The notes under the pieces are model-generated. The model made no database searches, was not told the origin of the DNA, and worked only from the letters and a program-made list of their open reading frames with translations. The translations under genes and the position numbers were made by a program. A DNA stretch of 64,000 nt from a virus (Duplodnaviria; Caudoviricetes): IMG/VR virus record IMGVR_UViG_3300011008_000016, positions 96,001-160,000 of that record. One strand, 5' to 3'. Positions 28,221 to 39,102 of this stretch are shown here, piece after piece. Within the stretch, counting starts at the first letter, position 1. The number at the start of each line of letters is the position of its first letter.

Positions 28221-28323
28221 TACTCTTGTCCTCCTTTTATTAACTGAATGTATTGTTCTAACTTCTTTCGAAGCTATAACCTTAATATAGTAATTATCGA
28301 ATTGTTAAATTCTTAATAACTTT

Positions 28324-29202
28324 TTAGACTCCTTCCATATAGGCAGTCGTCATAATTAAGAATCTAACTTCCGTTGATTGTGAAGTATCCAGTAAAGTCA
28401 AATTATCCATGTCTGGTACTGCTACACCATTTGTAGAATACATATTTCGTACAAATGATGTCATTTTGTCATCTGGTTTTTGTTGATGAAAGTTCACATA
28501 TCCTCGAACGATATATCTTTTAAATGGTTCCATATCTTCTGGTTGATTTACTAAAGTAGCAAATAATTGTAAACTTTGATTAAAGAATAAGGACATTGTT
28601 AATATATCCGTTTTATGACAAAACGTTATACCGAATGCCCGAACGAGATTATACGGACTTTTATAATCCAACATAAATAAAGTAAACCAAGATAACCGAT
28701 ATGTGATTTCATATAAATTAGAAATAGCACATAAGTCGTATGGTGATATGTGAAGAACTGGAATAGCATATCGACGATCGACCGTAGACCAACCAGACGT
28801 AATTAAATCCCTGGTATCTTGTGTCCTATCGTATAAATCTTCTGCTGTTCCCTGTTCTACTACATTGAGATGGAACTGGAAATTGATATCATAAAGTGGA
28901 CCACCAATTACCAGGTTTTCTGATTCTGGAGCTGGTCGTTCACCAATAAATGCAATGTTTACAATAGGGACATGAATACTATAATACTTATCCGTTGTAT
29001 CATCCCACATGAGCATTATAATACCTTCTGTCCCGACACATATTATATGGAATAAATCTGCGAATGTTTTTATATCAAACTCCGCAGCATCATTCCAGTT
29101 TGCTTTCAATACACCATAACACTGTGCAATTAAACCAGATAATGGAGTTTTTATGACTTCTTGGGAGAGCTTATATAATCTCTCTTTATCTTTGTCCTCC
29201 AT
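28324..29202 (-). CDS. Hypothetical protein
   Basis: 292 aa ORF downstream of ligase. Confidence 0.7.
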   Translation of the reverse strand: MEDKDKERLYKLSQEVIKTPLSGLIAQCYGVLKANWNDAAEFDIKTFADLFHIICVGTEGIIMLMWDDTTDKYYSIHVPIVNIAFIGERPAPESENLVIGGPLYDINFQFHLNVVEQGTAEDLYDRTQDTRDLITSGWSTVDRRYAIPVLHISPYDLCAISNLYEITYRLSWFTLFMLDYKSPYNLVRAFGITFCHKTDILTMSLFFNQSLQLFATLVNQPEDMEPFKRYIVRGYVNFHQQKPDDKMTSFVRNMYSTNGVAVPDMDNLTLLDTSQSTEVRFLIMTTAYMEGV

Positions 29203-31471
29203 ATCCCCATTTCTCCTTTGCTTCTGATAATTTTAACATTGGAGTTCCCCATTTCTCTGCTTTTACCATTTTTCCAGATGGTTTTTCCATTGGTTCATCC
29301 GGAATAATCAACCATATAGTATCCTTATTGAATGAATCTCTGACTTCTATATTTTTCTCCTTGAGAAAATCCTCAAACTCCGTTGTATCGTGTGTTGAAG
29401 TAAAACATACAGACCCATCATATTTCCTCTTTTCCTCATATGGAAATATCTCCACTTGATCACAAATATCCTCAATGAGTTCCATTTTATGTTCAATTCC
29501 TTCGATAATCACTTGAGAGTTCTTTGGACCAATACCAGAAATCTTACACATCGGTACAATCAATTCTTCCAGATTACCCAAATTGCCAATTATATTTACA
29601 TTTCGGCAAACCTTTTCCATTGTCTTTAATCCGATTCCGGGAATTCCAATTGCTCCAAGTAATTGATGTGGGTACAAATATCTTGCATCCGAGATACCCA
29701 TAATGATATTTTCTACAGATACATTACCAAGTTTTGGTAATGCACACATTTCATCTTTGTGAAGATAGAGTCTATACAAATCCCCGATAGAATTCAATAG
29801 ACCTTCCTCAACTAACATCGTTATTGTCTCGATTCCAAGACCACCTTTAATGTCCAGTTTTCTTATATAATTCATGATATGTCCAACTAATTTTGCAGGA
29901 CAATCTGAGTTTGGACAAACCTCATCTTTGATTTCTGCACCGCATATCGGGCAATATTCTGGAAATTTAATCAATTCTCCACCAGATTCTTTACAATCCT
30001 TTGGCTTGAAAATTGACGGGATAATGTCATATCTGATGAGAACTTCATCACCTTTATGAAGCTTGAGCCTTTCCAGTTTTGCCTGATTAGAAACAGTCAC
30101 ATTTGAGATTGTATTTCCATTTATAACAATCGGTTTCAATCTTGCAACGGGAGTTAATCTTCCTGCAATTGGACCAACTTGGAAATCGACATCTTCAACG
30201 ATAGTTTTCTTTTCACCAGCCGGAAACTTAAAGGCCACTTGGAACATATTCTTATCATTCTTTCGTCCAAGTAGGTCAATAATATCACCATCCAAGAACG
30301 TAATGACAATTCCATCATATGGTGTGTTATCCGCTTCTGCAATCCCTTTCACACGTTCCATTTCGCCAGATATTACATCAATTGCACTTTCTATATTCGT
30401 TAAATCTATATATACTGGTATAGATTCTGTAAACATATATTGATACCGATCGTTAATCTTACCAATATAATACCATTCACAGCATCTATTTTTAGAATCA
30501 TAAGACATTGGCTTATTTGATGCAATTTGGAAATGTTGCATAAGCAAGTATTGATTCAATCCTTCATCAGTTCCCGAATCATTCTCAGATACATTTGATG
30601 CAGACTGATTGCATATAGACGTAACAGCAGAACGTCTATTACATTTATCTGTCTTCATGGTCTTCTTATATGCTTCAAATTGATTCGTTGGCATATAAGT
30701 TTCAACCTTAACCCCATATTCTGTATTAGGTGGATAACTTATAGTATCTAAGAAAGGTAAAGCCATATCCAACTTTAACCAGCCAAAATCTACTTGTTTA
30801 TTCCTGTCCGGATAGAACTTACAAAATAATGGGGTTATATCTTCTCCAAGATTATTGGTTACATTCCCTCTGGTTAAAATATGTTCAACGGTATTATTTT
30901 TACATTCTATGATATGCGATACACCATCATATTTCAAATCTACCAGAATGGGAATACTTTTTACATCTACTTTGGTTCTATCAAGACCTGCCGCTTTTAT
31001 TTGACGCAGCACATTGTTAAGATACCATTCCAACGATTTTCTTGAATCCTTTGGTGGTACTTCATCATTCCAGAAGAAATGAACTTTTGCTAATGACCCC
31101 CTAAGCTCTGGAAACTTATGAGGTCGTTCCCCAATACCAACGACATTTGATGTAGGGGAACCTATTAATTGTACACCCTCTAAATCAGCATATTTTTCTA
31201 CGAGCATATCATACATTGTATCGGTAATTAATGCTGGTATCTCCATCTCATTCTCAACATAAGAACAGATTTCAATAAACCAGTTTAAACATTCTGAATA
31301 TAAGATTCCTTGTTTATTTGCTGGTAATATATCTTCCTGTAGTAAATACTCACCGAGTTCCTCTGCATCATTTCTGAAACGGTATATCAAGTCTTCAGTA
31401 ACATCGGACATTCGTTCAGTAATACATCGATGAATAGTTGCCACAGATTCAATCATTTTTTCTATAACCAT
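29186..31471 (-). CDS. ligA: NAD-dependent DNA ligase
   Basis: KYDG, TRGN, DGIV, AFKF, GRLTP, CPICG..CPNSDCPA zinc finger, HhH, C-terminal BRCT. Confidence 0.95.
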   Translation of the reverse strand: MVIEKMIESVATIHRCITERMSDVTEDLIYRFRNDAEELGEYLLQEDILPANKQGILYSECLNWFIEICSYVENEMEIPALITDTMYDMLVEKYADLEGVQLIGSPTSNVVGIGERPHKFPELRGSLAKVHFFWNDEVPPKDSRKSLEWYLNNVLRQIKAAGLDRTKVDVKSIPILVDLKYDGVSHIIECKNNTVEHILTRGNVTNNLGEDITPLFCKFYPDRNKQVDFGWLKLDMALPFLDTISYPPNTEYGVKVETYMPTNQFEAYKKTMKTDKCNRRSAVTSICNQSASNVSENDSGTDEGLNQYLLMQHFQIASNKPMSYDSKNRCCEWYYIGKINDRYQYMFTESIPVYIDLTNIESAIDVISGEMERVKGIAEADNTPYDGIVITFLDGDIIDLLGRKNDKNMFQVAFKFPAGEKKTIVEDVDFQVGPIAGRLTPVARLKPIVINGNTISNVTVSNQAKLERLKLHKGDEVLIRYDIIPSIFKPKDCKESGGELIKFPEYCPICGAEIKDEVCPNSDCPAKLVGHIMNYIRKLDIKGGLGIETITMLVEEGLLNSIGDLYRLYLHKDEMCALPKLGNVSVENIIMGISDARYLYPHQLLGAIGIPGIGLKTMEKVCRNVNIIGNLGNLEELIVPMCKISGIGPKNSQVIIEGIEHKMELIEDICDQVEIFPYEEKRKYDGSVCFTSTHDTTEFEDFLKEKNIEVRDSFNKDTIWLIIPDEPMEKPSGKMVKAEKWGTPMLKLSEAKEKWGYGGQR

Positions 31472-31580
31472 GATAACACATACCTCCTTAGTTTATTGTC
31501 TAAAGCTTAATATATATCTAAAAAATATCTATACGAATACAAAAAAGAATAGGGTTACATCTTGTAACCCTATTCCGTTA

Positions 31581-32969
31581 TTAAGCCGGTCGTTCGATTA
31601 TGCTACGTTCCTTAATCTTTTGCTTCATGATGTTGATACCGTCGTTAAAGATACTCTCAGAACGCATTTTTCTTCCAGCATTGACTAAAGCCTTCCCAAG
31701 CCCTGCATATGAACTGGTTCCAGACGTTTCTGACATCGTAGCGTTCACTCTCTGCCGAATTTCCGGCAATTCATTGATGCTTCCGATAAGAATCTTTTCC
31801 ATTGCAGCTTCCGCCTGCTTATTATCACCGTTGCTATCAATCATACTAACAAGTAACCTGAAGTACCGGATAATATCCTCATTCTTTCCAGTTCTTGGTG
31901 CAATCATCATATAAATCGTACTACCCATGATTGCATAGTTGAGTGCTGCATCGTCTCTGTTCTCATCAATCATATCTTCAGTCATACCACTTTCCACAAG
32001 TTTCGATGAGCAGAAGTCGATAAGCTTGTTCAGATACTTCGGACGATTTCCCTGCGGAAATAATCCGTCAATCACATCGCTATGAAACTTTGCATCCGAA
32101 TTCATGAATATCGGGGTACTGCAAAGGAACTGCTCGTACACAGCATCCATCATGTTGTCTGTGAAGAATGGCTTCAATATGGAGCCGTAATTATTGATGA
32201 CTTCTGAAGTGGGATTGTCTCCCATCTCAACAAGAAGCTTCTTCACGTTCTTAATGAATTCGCTCTTCTTATTATCGTCATTCTTGCCACCATCAACAGA
32301 TTCCGTATTGTCTTTCTTACCGGTCTTCTGAGTCTCCGGCGGAATTGTTGTGTGATGAGCAGATACATCAGGTTCAATTGTTTCTACGACAACCGGATTT
32401 CCCTGTTCATCTGTAGCCTGTGATTCCTTGGCATCTTTTGCCCTAAGAACCAACTCCCGGATAACAGCGACAAGAATCGTGTTGCTCATGGCGTATCCTA
32501 ATTCCTTTGAGGATGCGTCGATTCCTGCGTTCACGAAGGACTTCTCCAACTGTTTATACTCAGTAGTAGCAGACAATTTCTGGATATCCGACAAGAATGA
32601 TTCATGTAGATCGTCATTGTTATCAAGATGCTCGTTCACAATGTCAAAGAACATCTCCAATCTTGTCGAAACCTTGAGTGGATTGCCGCTTGCTATTAAC
32701 TCCTCGTTCTTCTTCGTATATCCCTCAACAGACGGAACAACGACATCGCAGAGCTTCCCTATGGTCATCTGGTCAAGCATCACTTTACCAAGCTTTTCGA
32801 TACCATCACTAATGACGGTGGATGCCTGACCGGAAGTTCCAACTCGATTGTTGATAAAACCAACCGAGTTCTTGACCATCGCACTCGTTCCGAAATGCTT
32901 CCAGAAGAAATCTGCCGTGTGATTTACTGCGTTAATAGCGTTCTTTACATCAATGATATTCTTGCTCAT
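31581..32969 (-). CDS. Hypothetical early protein
   Basis: 462 aa, SD AAGGAGG, early motif at 33058-33065. Confidence 0.75.
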   Translation of the reverse strand: MSKNIIDVKNAINAVNHTADFFWKHFGTSAMVKNSVGFINNRVGTSGQASTVISDGIEKLGKVMLDQMTIGKLCDVVVPSVEGYTKKNEELIASGNPLKVSTRLEMFFDIVNEHLDNNDDLHESFLSDIQKLSATTEYKQLEKSFVNAGIDASSKELGYAMSNTILVAVIRELVLRAKDAKESQATDEQGNPVVVETIEPDVSAHHTTIPPETQKTGKKDNTESVDGGKNDDNKKSEFIKNVKKLLVEMGDNPTSEVINNYGSILKPFFTDNMMDAVYEQFLCSTPIFMNSDAKFHSDVIDGLFPQGNRPKYLNKLIDFCSSKLVESGMTEDMIDENRDDAALNYAIMGSTIYMMIAPRTGKNEDIIRYFRLLVSMIDSNGDNKQAEAAMEKILIGSINELPEIRQRVNATMSETSGTSSYAGLGKALVNAGRKMRSESIFNDGINIMKQKIKERSIIERPA

Positions 32970-33121
32970 TTCTCTACCTCCTTATTGTGAGAGAATGTGT
33001 TTTATTATACCGTGTGGAGCATAGTCTTTTTGCATCCATCGGTTGTATCTATAGTCTTAATATAGTAATAATTTTGATTCTAAGTGGTTAGGAATTTGAT
33101 TATTCCTAACCACTCTACTGA

Positions 33122-35398
33122 TTAACCAGCCATGTAAAGCTCAATCTGACTCTTTAATTCATCTGCTACCTCTTCTACAAGGTCATCAAAGCTCGTCATA
33201 TTTCCAATGTAAATTTCTCCAGATTCCAACAGGTCTAATCTTGTTCTTGCTAAATCCATAGCAATAATCTTCCGCATATTCTCCGTTGTCTCCAGATACT
33301 TCTTTCCATTGTAGATATGCGTCTTTATACCCGGTTCATCGCTAAGGTCAAGAATGTCATATTCATTTGCCAATTCATATCCCATCTGTAGTAAATGAAC
33401 CTCAAGCATTTCAACGTTCTTATTTGTCATAAGACCCGTTACCGGTAAATCATAGACTCCTTCATAATTATCCTGAAGAGCACTTCCCAGAGCCATTCTT
33501 GCAATTGGTGAATTCCTCTGGAATAAGAATTCTTTCACGATATACTCAGGATTCATAAACATCAGATTGTTCTCAGTCTCCTGACGACCAAATCGGACTG
33601 GCGTGTTCGAATGACGAATAATAAATTTCTTTGCATCATCCGACTTATCTGGCAATCCATAGTTATTGATTGGACCGGTGCTACGTACAGACAAACCTTT
33701 CTTTGCAGATTGCTTCATCTTCATAACGTGCATATATCCAACATATTCTGGCTTAATTTGTTTTACCCATCTCTGAGTATCTTTCTGCCAGAAATAAATG
33801 TCATACGGTTTCAGATAATCGAATGTATCATATACTTCGTTTACACAATCCCACATAAGTTTCTTATGCCAGAACGATTCAATGTGGACGTATATACCGT
33901 AATCCTCGACATACTTAAAGTATTCCAGTTTCTCCTTCTCTGTATGACAAGTCTCGATATAGTCTTGATAAACCTTATTCTTCTGGTCTTCATTATAGAT
34001 GCCAAGAAACGTGAAGAAATCCTTTTCCTTCTCTTTGGAAGTCTTCATTGATTTCATATGGTCTCTAATCTGTCGAGCCTGAGCAGTTATTGTCTGTTCA
34101 TACAACTGGAAGATATTCAATCGACCAGGAACGCCTAAAGAGTCAAAGATGACATCTGCAACTTCTCCATTTCCAAAGTGAGGCATTTCTTTTCTTGGAC
34201 GTATCTGGGAGATAACCCCTTTATTCCCATATCGTCCAACCAATTTCTGTCCTTTCGATAATCCAACTTTCCGTTTAACAAGGAAATAGATAACGATATT
34301 AGAGAACGCCGAATTATTATCGTCTTTAATCTTATAACCGGTTGCTTCACTCTTATCAAGTAATTCCTTAGACCGTTTGTTCCAATCTTTGATAGCATTG
34401 GATACATTATATCCGGCATCAATCAACTCCTGCGTTGCGTCTCGAACTCTCTGATGGAAATCAATATCCATATCAATATACCGAAGAATCTGAGAGTTAT
34501 ACTTTGTCTCAACAAGCTCTTCCCTCGGCTTATTACAGAAGATATCAATATCCACGATGGTACCGGTATTATAAAAGTTCAAATCTGATTGCATCGTCTT
34601 CTTCATATTCGATGCTTTCATATCGAACAGTACCTGAGAAGTATTGAGCATTTTCCAGATACAGAGTTTATTATTCTTAATAGCTTCTCCTATATCTGGG
34701 AAACACTTATAATGCTCATCATCGCCATAAGCGTTTCCAAGGAAGTTATTTTCGTTAATTGTAACTTTAACCAGCTCTACCTCTGTACTCACAAAGGATT
34801 TTGCAAACGTATCCGATACAACAATTGCATCTTCAATCGTGTACATATCCAACCGATATACAAAGTTGACATTCTGTCCAAACCCATAATTGTCAAACTT
34901 ATCATATGAAGTTGGTCTGGTTAAAGTAGTTCCTTTCTTAATATGATCTCCTTCTTTGAGTTCATCTAATACATGATGGTCATACTGGAAACCATATTTC
35001 TCAGGAAGATTCTGTACGTCTTGCTTATAGATAAGATCATATTCATTTCGGTCTCTATTATAGAATATGATAACCGAGGGTTGTGTTTTGCTTGGAATAT
35101 CCAAGTCCCTGAATTTTGGAATAACTCGCCAAACATCCAGATCAGACTTCGCTGTAATGTTATAGGTCGAACGATGACCAAACATATTCTCAGAGTTTGT
35201 AAAGACATACGGAAATTCAGTATGTTCTACTACAACTCTTTGCAACTGATGATTCACATCCATAATGGTACGGGAAGAATCCATGTACGCTGGATATGTT
35301 AAAGAAGATATTCCAAGAATGGAATTATCTCCTTCCAATTGTCTCTGTTTCTCTTCCAGTTGAGGCATGAGAACAGATTTACTTGGATTTAATGCCAT
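33122..35398 (-). CDS. Non-virion multisubunit RNA polymerase beta subunit, C-terminal part
   Basis: EDAIVVS, GQKLVGRYGNKGVIS, DVIFDSLGVPGRLNIFQLYE, VRSTGP, PVRFGRQE. Confidence 0.93.
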   Translation of the reverse strand: MALNPSKSVLMPQLEEKQRQLEGDNSILGISSLTYPAYMDSSRTIMDVNHQLQRVVVEHTEFPYVFTNSENMFGHRSTYNITAKSDLDVWRVIPKFRDLDIPSKTQPSVIIFYNRDRNEYDLIYKQDVQNLPEKYGFQYDHHVLDELKEGDHIKKGTTLTRPTSYDKFDNYGFGQNVNFVYRLDMYTIEDAIVVSDTFAKSFVSTEVELVKVTINENNFLGNAYGDDEHYKCFPDIGEAIKNNKLCIWKMLNTSQVLFDMKASNMKKTMQSDLNFYNTGTIVDIDIFCNKPREELVETKYNSQILRYIDMDIDFHQRVRDATQELIDAGYNVSNAIKDWNKRSKELLDKSEATGYKIKDDNNSAFSNIVIYFLVKRKVGLSKGQKLVGRYGNKGVISQIRPRKEMPHFGNGEVADVIFDSLGVPGRLNIFQLYEQTITAQARQIRDHMKSMKTSKEKEKDFFTFLGIYNEDQKNKVYQDYIETCHTEKEKLEYFKYVEDYGIYVHIESFWHKKLMWDCVNEVYDTFDYLKPYDIYFWQKDTQRWVKQIKPEYVGYMHVMKMKQSAKKGLSVRSTGPINNYGLPDKSDDAKKFIIRHSNTPVRFGRQETENNLMFMNPEYIVKEFLFQRNSPIARMALGSALQDNYEGVYDLPVTGLMTNKNVEMLEVHLLQMGYELANEYDILDLSDEPGIKTHIYNGKKYLETTENMRKIIAMDLARTRLDLLESGEIYIGNMTSFDDLVEEVADELKSQIELYMAG

Positions 35399-35418
35399 AA
35401 TTGCAGTCCATCCTTTCC

Positions 35419-36003
35419 TTATTGTATTTTTTCTACACTAATCTTGAATTGTTTATGGTGATAGCCGTAAACAAAAACTCCACAATGATCACAACCAACG
35501 ATATCTCGAATCACGCATTGTTTGCATAGTTCAGCATAACTCTTATCAGGAATTTCTATTCCACTACCATCAGTTGTTTTAAATTCCTCTACCTCCGTTT
35601 CTTTAATATCGTTTTTATCAGTTTCTTCTGATTCTTTCTGACGTTCCTTCTCAAGTTTGTATTCTTCACTGATTGATAACGTTCCTTGGGAAACTCCAGA
35701 TTTAGATGGTTTTCCTAACTTCAATGACGGGACTGTAACAAGTTGATTGTCCCTTAACTTTTCCGGAACTGGCATCTCAACTATGTCGTGAGGTTTGGAC
35801 TCTTCAAGAGATTTTTGAAGTGCCCATGTCTCATCGATATTTTTTGGTTCTGGTTCTTTTTTATTGTTAAGTGCATCTAATACCCTTCTGGTATTATCAC
35901 CTGATACATAACTATTTTTATTCCGTTCATCAAATTCCTTAAAATCTTCAATAGTCGTATTCTTTAGTTCCTTTCGACTATCAGAAGATATTAGTCCATT
36001 CAT
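35419..36003 (-). CDS. Hypothetical protein, disordered with C-terminal Cys cluster
   Basis: CKQC...CDHC; early motif at 36026-36033. Confidence 0.65.
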   Translation of the reverse strand: MNGLISSDSRKELKNTTIEDFKEFDERNKNSYVSGDNTRRVLDALNNKKEPEPKNIDETWALQKSLEESKPHDIVEMPVPEKLRDNQLVTVPSLKLGKPSKSGVSQGTLSISEEYKLEKERQKESEETDKNDIKETEVEEFKTTDGSGIEIPDKSYAELCKQCVIRDIVGCDHCGVFVYGYHHKQFKISVEKIQ

Positions 36004-36035
36004 AACATCACCTCCTTAGGAACTATAATATAGTC

Positions 36036-36620
36036 CTAAAAGCTTTTCTTGCCAATTAATCGTCCAAGATATTGTCTAAGAGAAGCTTCAGCCATATCAA
36101 GATTTACATCCATATCTTGAATGATCTCCTGATAATCTTCGTTCTGTTTCTTTAATGATTTAACAATAGAAGAATACTGTTCAATAAGACGTTGATTTTC
36201 TTCTATAAGGTTTTGATATGTATCTCTTTGCTCTCGAATCTTCTCGGTAACATCTGCCACATTCTTTTTCTCAGTATCAATTTTCTCTATCATTCGTCCA
36301 ATGTATTCTTTATTAAATTCTGCACCCAATCCGAGATCGATAGAATACAAAGTGATTACATTTTGTCTTACTGCATCTGCGATAATCACCCAAGTATCTT
36401 TAAGAAATACCTGAACATTCCCTTTTCCTCTATCGTCAATTTGTTTTCCTTCATAAATCATAGTCCCGTATCGTATCATTAAATTGATATCCGATACGAT
36501 ACGGGATTCATTATTGACGATGAATTGCGTGATATCTGCTATGTTATCTTTATCCCGCAGACGTTCAGCATATCTCTCTTTGGCATGTTGGGAAATCTTA
36601 TATGTGTTTTTATCGTCCAC
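36036..36620 (-). CDS. Hypothetical protein (HAxERxxER N-terminus plus coiled coil)
   Basis: ISQHAKERYAER; GTG start with SD. Confidence 0.7.
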   Translation of the reverse strand: MDDKNTYKISQHAKERYAERLRDKDNIADITQFIVNNESRIVSDINLMIRYGTMIYEGKQIDDRGKGNVQVFLKDTWVIIADAVRQNVITLYSIDLGLGAEFNKEYIGRMIEKIDTEKKNVADVTEKIREQRDTYQNLIEENQRLIEQYSSIVKSLKKQNEDYQEIIQDMDVNLDMAEASLRQYLGRLIGKKSF

Positions 36621-36646
36621 TATTGGACCTCCCTTCTCCCATGAGA

Positions 36647-37888
36647 TTAAAGTAAATCACGCATCATTTGTTTGATATCCATCTTCCTTTTTGCACTACG
36701 AATCAGATTGGAATCATCTGATGTATCAATAACCGGAATAAGTGAACGAAGTGGGTCTTTACAAGCCCTAAGAAGAGCTGATACAACTTCTGGCTTATCC
36801 CGAAGTTCGTTCATCATAATTCTTGTATCAAACTTTACATCAGGAGCAATCTCAAAGTGAGAACCCGGATTCCTACCAAGAATCAATCCCTTCTCCTTCG
36901 CAAAGTGCATCAATGTAATAATCTGGTCGAACCCAGATTCCTGTACGAACTCCATGGTTGCTTTCATGCCACCAATAGAAGTACGAGATTTCAGTATATA
37001 AGCATCTGTAAGCACACCATTCCATCCATTTACTTCCTCAGAAGAAATATCATCTTTTGAAGTATGAGGAAGCCAACCAATGATAGATGATGTAAGAAGC
37101 CTTGTCTTGTTACCACCAGACATCCGTTTTCCATTCAACATGAATGTCATTTGTTTCGGCTTTGAGAAACCTCCCGGTGCTGGCATATCATCATCCAGAT
37201 GAATGATGACGATTACGTTAATATTGTACTTATACATTGGCTCTAATGCATTTCTAAAGAAATTACCATTATAGATAGCATTACGACCACCTGCTGTCAA
37301 ACCATTGATTGTATCGATTGCTTCATTCTTCGATACGAACTTCATAATAGAGTCAATAATCATAACTGTTGGTACGTAGTATTTATACTCGTTGCCCCAA
37401 ATGTCTCTCTGTCCTGTACTATAGACATATTTATTCGGCTCGGCTGCCTTCTTTTCACCAAGTTTGATGATTTCACTAAGTACATTTTCCCATGTACAGT
37501 TATCTCGTTCAATTGAATAAGAATCTTCAATCTGCTGATTTGACCAACCCGTCAACGCCTGGACACGGTCATATGTTGCGCTTTTCTCACCATCTCGATG
37601 AATAACCGAGGATAATTCTCCAAACGGTTCTACTATGTTAGCTGCCGCTTGAATTGCCGCAGACGTCTTACCAGATGAGGTAGGACCTGTAAAAATCGTA
37701 AATGAACCTGCTGGGATTCCTTTGTGGACTTCTTCTACAATACTCCCATCAGGTAATTTTCTGATATAGATTGCACCGAGTAATTCATCCAATATAGGAA
37801 ACCCCAGTGGATAAGATACCGATACAACATTGCTTGCGAATAAGCCATCTTTTTTATTTTCTTCTCTTATCTCAGAAAGAAAGCTCAT
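36647..37888 (-). CDS. recA: RecA/UvsX-like recombinase
   Basis: GFPILDELLG, GIPAGS, GPTSSGKTS, MIIDSI, SGG. Confidence 0.88.
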   Translation of the reverse strand: MSFLSEIREENKKDGLFASNVVSVSYPLGFPILDELLGAIYIRKLPDGSIVEEVHKGIPAGSFTIFTGPTSSGKTSAAIQAAANIVEPFGELSSVIHRDGEKSATYDRVQALTGWSNQQIEDSYSIERDNCTWENVLSEIIKLGEKKAAEPNKYVYSTGQRDIWGNEYKYYVPTVMIIDSIMKFVSKNEAIDTINGLTAGGRNAIYNGNFFRNALEPMYKYNINVIVIIHLDDDMPAPGGFSKPKQMTFMLNGKRMSGGNKTRLLTSSIIGWLPHTSKDDISSEEVNGWNGVLTDAYILKSRTSIGGMKATMEFVQESGFDQIITLMHFAKEKGLILGRNPGSHFEIAPDVKFDTRIMMNELRDKPEVVSALLRACKDPLRSLIPVIDTSDDSNLIRSAKRKMDIKQMMRDLL

Positions 37889-38060
37889 TACAACTTACCT
37901 CCTTTTCGTTTTATAGTCTATATAATTGTATCTATAATTGTTATTAGTCAGAATTTCTATTATATAGAAAAAATAAAAAGGATAGAGAAGAGTGGTAACG
38001 TCTTACCACTCTTCCCATCTAACTGTGAAGGAACAAATGAAATAATGATATTAAGCTAAA

Positions 38061-38966
38061 TTATCGGTTACCATTTCTGCGATAGTTCTTACCACCACCA
38101 GCACCGTTAAACTTCTGCGGGAAATTTACGCTGGGATTACCCTGTCGCTTATTCTTCCCATTACCATGTTGCTGCCTGTCATTCTGTCGGTTATTGTTTC
38201 CACCGTTCTTCTTTCCATTGAACGGTTTTTCCTGCGAACGATTCCGCTGCTCATTTTTCTGCGACTGAATCTTTTCGGATTCTGCCAAGTATTCTTTTGC
38301 CTCATTGATATCAACATCAACAACGCAGTTCTTGACAATCTTGTTATCTGTACGAGAAGATAACTGAATTGCACCAATTTCCGCATCGCCCTGTGTTACA
38401 TACATATATACAGGGAACTTTAGGTTTGACCAGATAGGCCATTTCACCATAGCAAAGATAATCTGATATTCTCCTGCCGTCGCAATGAATGGACGTGTAG
38501 CGAGATTTCGGTTATCAACCACCAGTCTCGTATCATCTGCCTTATCAACAATAATAAGCACCATATCCCGAGGGAATCGCTTTTTATTGTCTGATGTATC
38601 TTCAGGGGCTTCTTCAACCTTGATGGGGATGATTTCGTCTCCCCCACCCTGCATCAGAGCCACTTTAGTATCTTTCACATAAACTGCCACTTCCGTGGTC
38701 GTCCCATCGTCATCCAGAATGTTTGCCGAAACCACTGTGTCCGTCTTCTTCAACGAGTCGGTCAGTTTTCCAATACGTTCGATAGACCGCCTGATACTCG
38801 TCGAAAGAAGGGGAAGATTTGACTTAACGATATCAACCGGAATCGAAGGTGTTTCTGAATCGCTCGGAAGCCAAAACGAGATTTTCGTCTCGTCCCCGTT
38901 CCTTTCTGTCTGAATCTCAATCTTGTTAGTCTTTCTGTCCTTTGTGAAGTTCTTAATAAAGATCAT
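38061..38966 (-). CDS. Hypothetical protein with N/G/R/Q-rich disordered C-terminal tail
   Basis: ...KKNGGNNNRQNDRQQHGNGKNKRQGNP...GGGKNYRRNGNR. Confidence 0.75.
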   Translation of the reverse strand: MIFIKNFTKDRKTNKIEIQTERNGDETKISFWLPSDSETPSIPVDIVKSNLPLLSTSIRRSIERIGKLTDSLKKTDTVVSANILDDDGTTTEVAVYVKDTKVALMQGGGDEIIPIKVEEAPEDTSDNKKRFPRDMVLIIVDKADDTRLVVDNRNLATRPFIATAGEYQIIFAMVKWPIWSNLKFPVYMYVTQGDAEIGAIQLSSRTDNKIVKNCVVDVDINEAKEYLAESEKIQSQKNEQRNRSQEKPFNGKKNGGNNNRQNDRQQHGNGKNKRQGNPSVNFPQKFNGAGGGKNYRRNGNR

Positions 38967-39102
38967 TTGTAATCTCCCTTCTTGTAACTGTAATATGTTC
39001 TATTCGCGTTAATTCGTGAATTAATTTCCTGTTATATCCCATATAAAAATAAATATGGGGATAGCCGAAACCATCCCCATATATCTGGGCACATAGAAAT
39101 CA

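Noticed and set aside
31581-32969. Chimallin candidate next to RNAP betaC
   Set aside because: 462 aa, mostly helical, no recognisable similarity; cannot be supported without an HMM or structure search
37916-37942. Short tandem TCTAT(AT)AATTGT repeat upstream of recA as an operator
   Set aside because: Only two AT-rich copies; may be promoter sequence or chance
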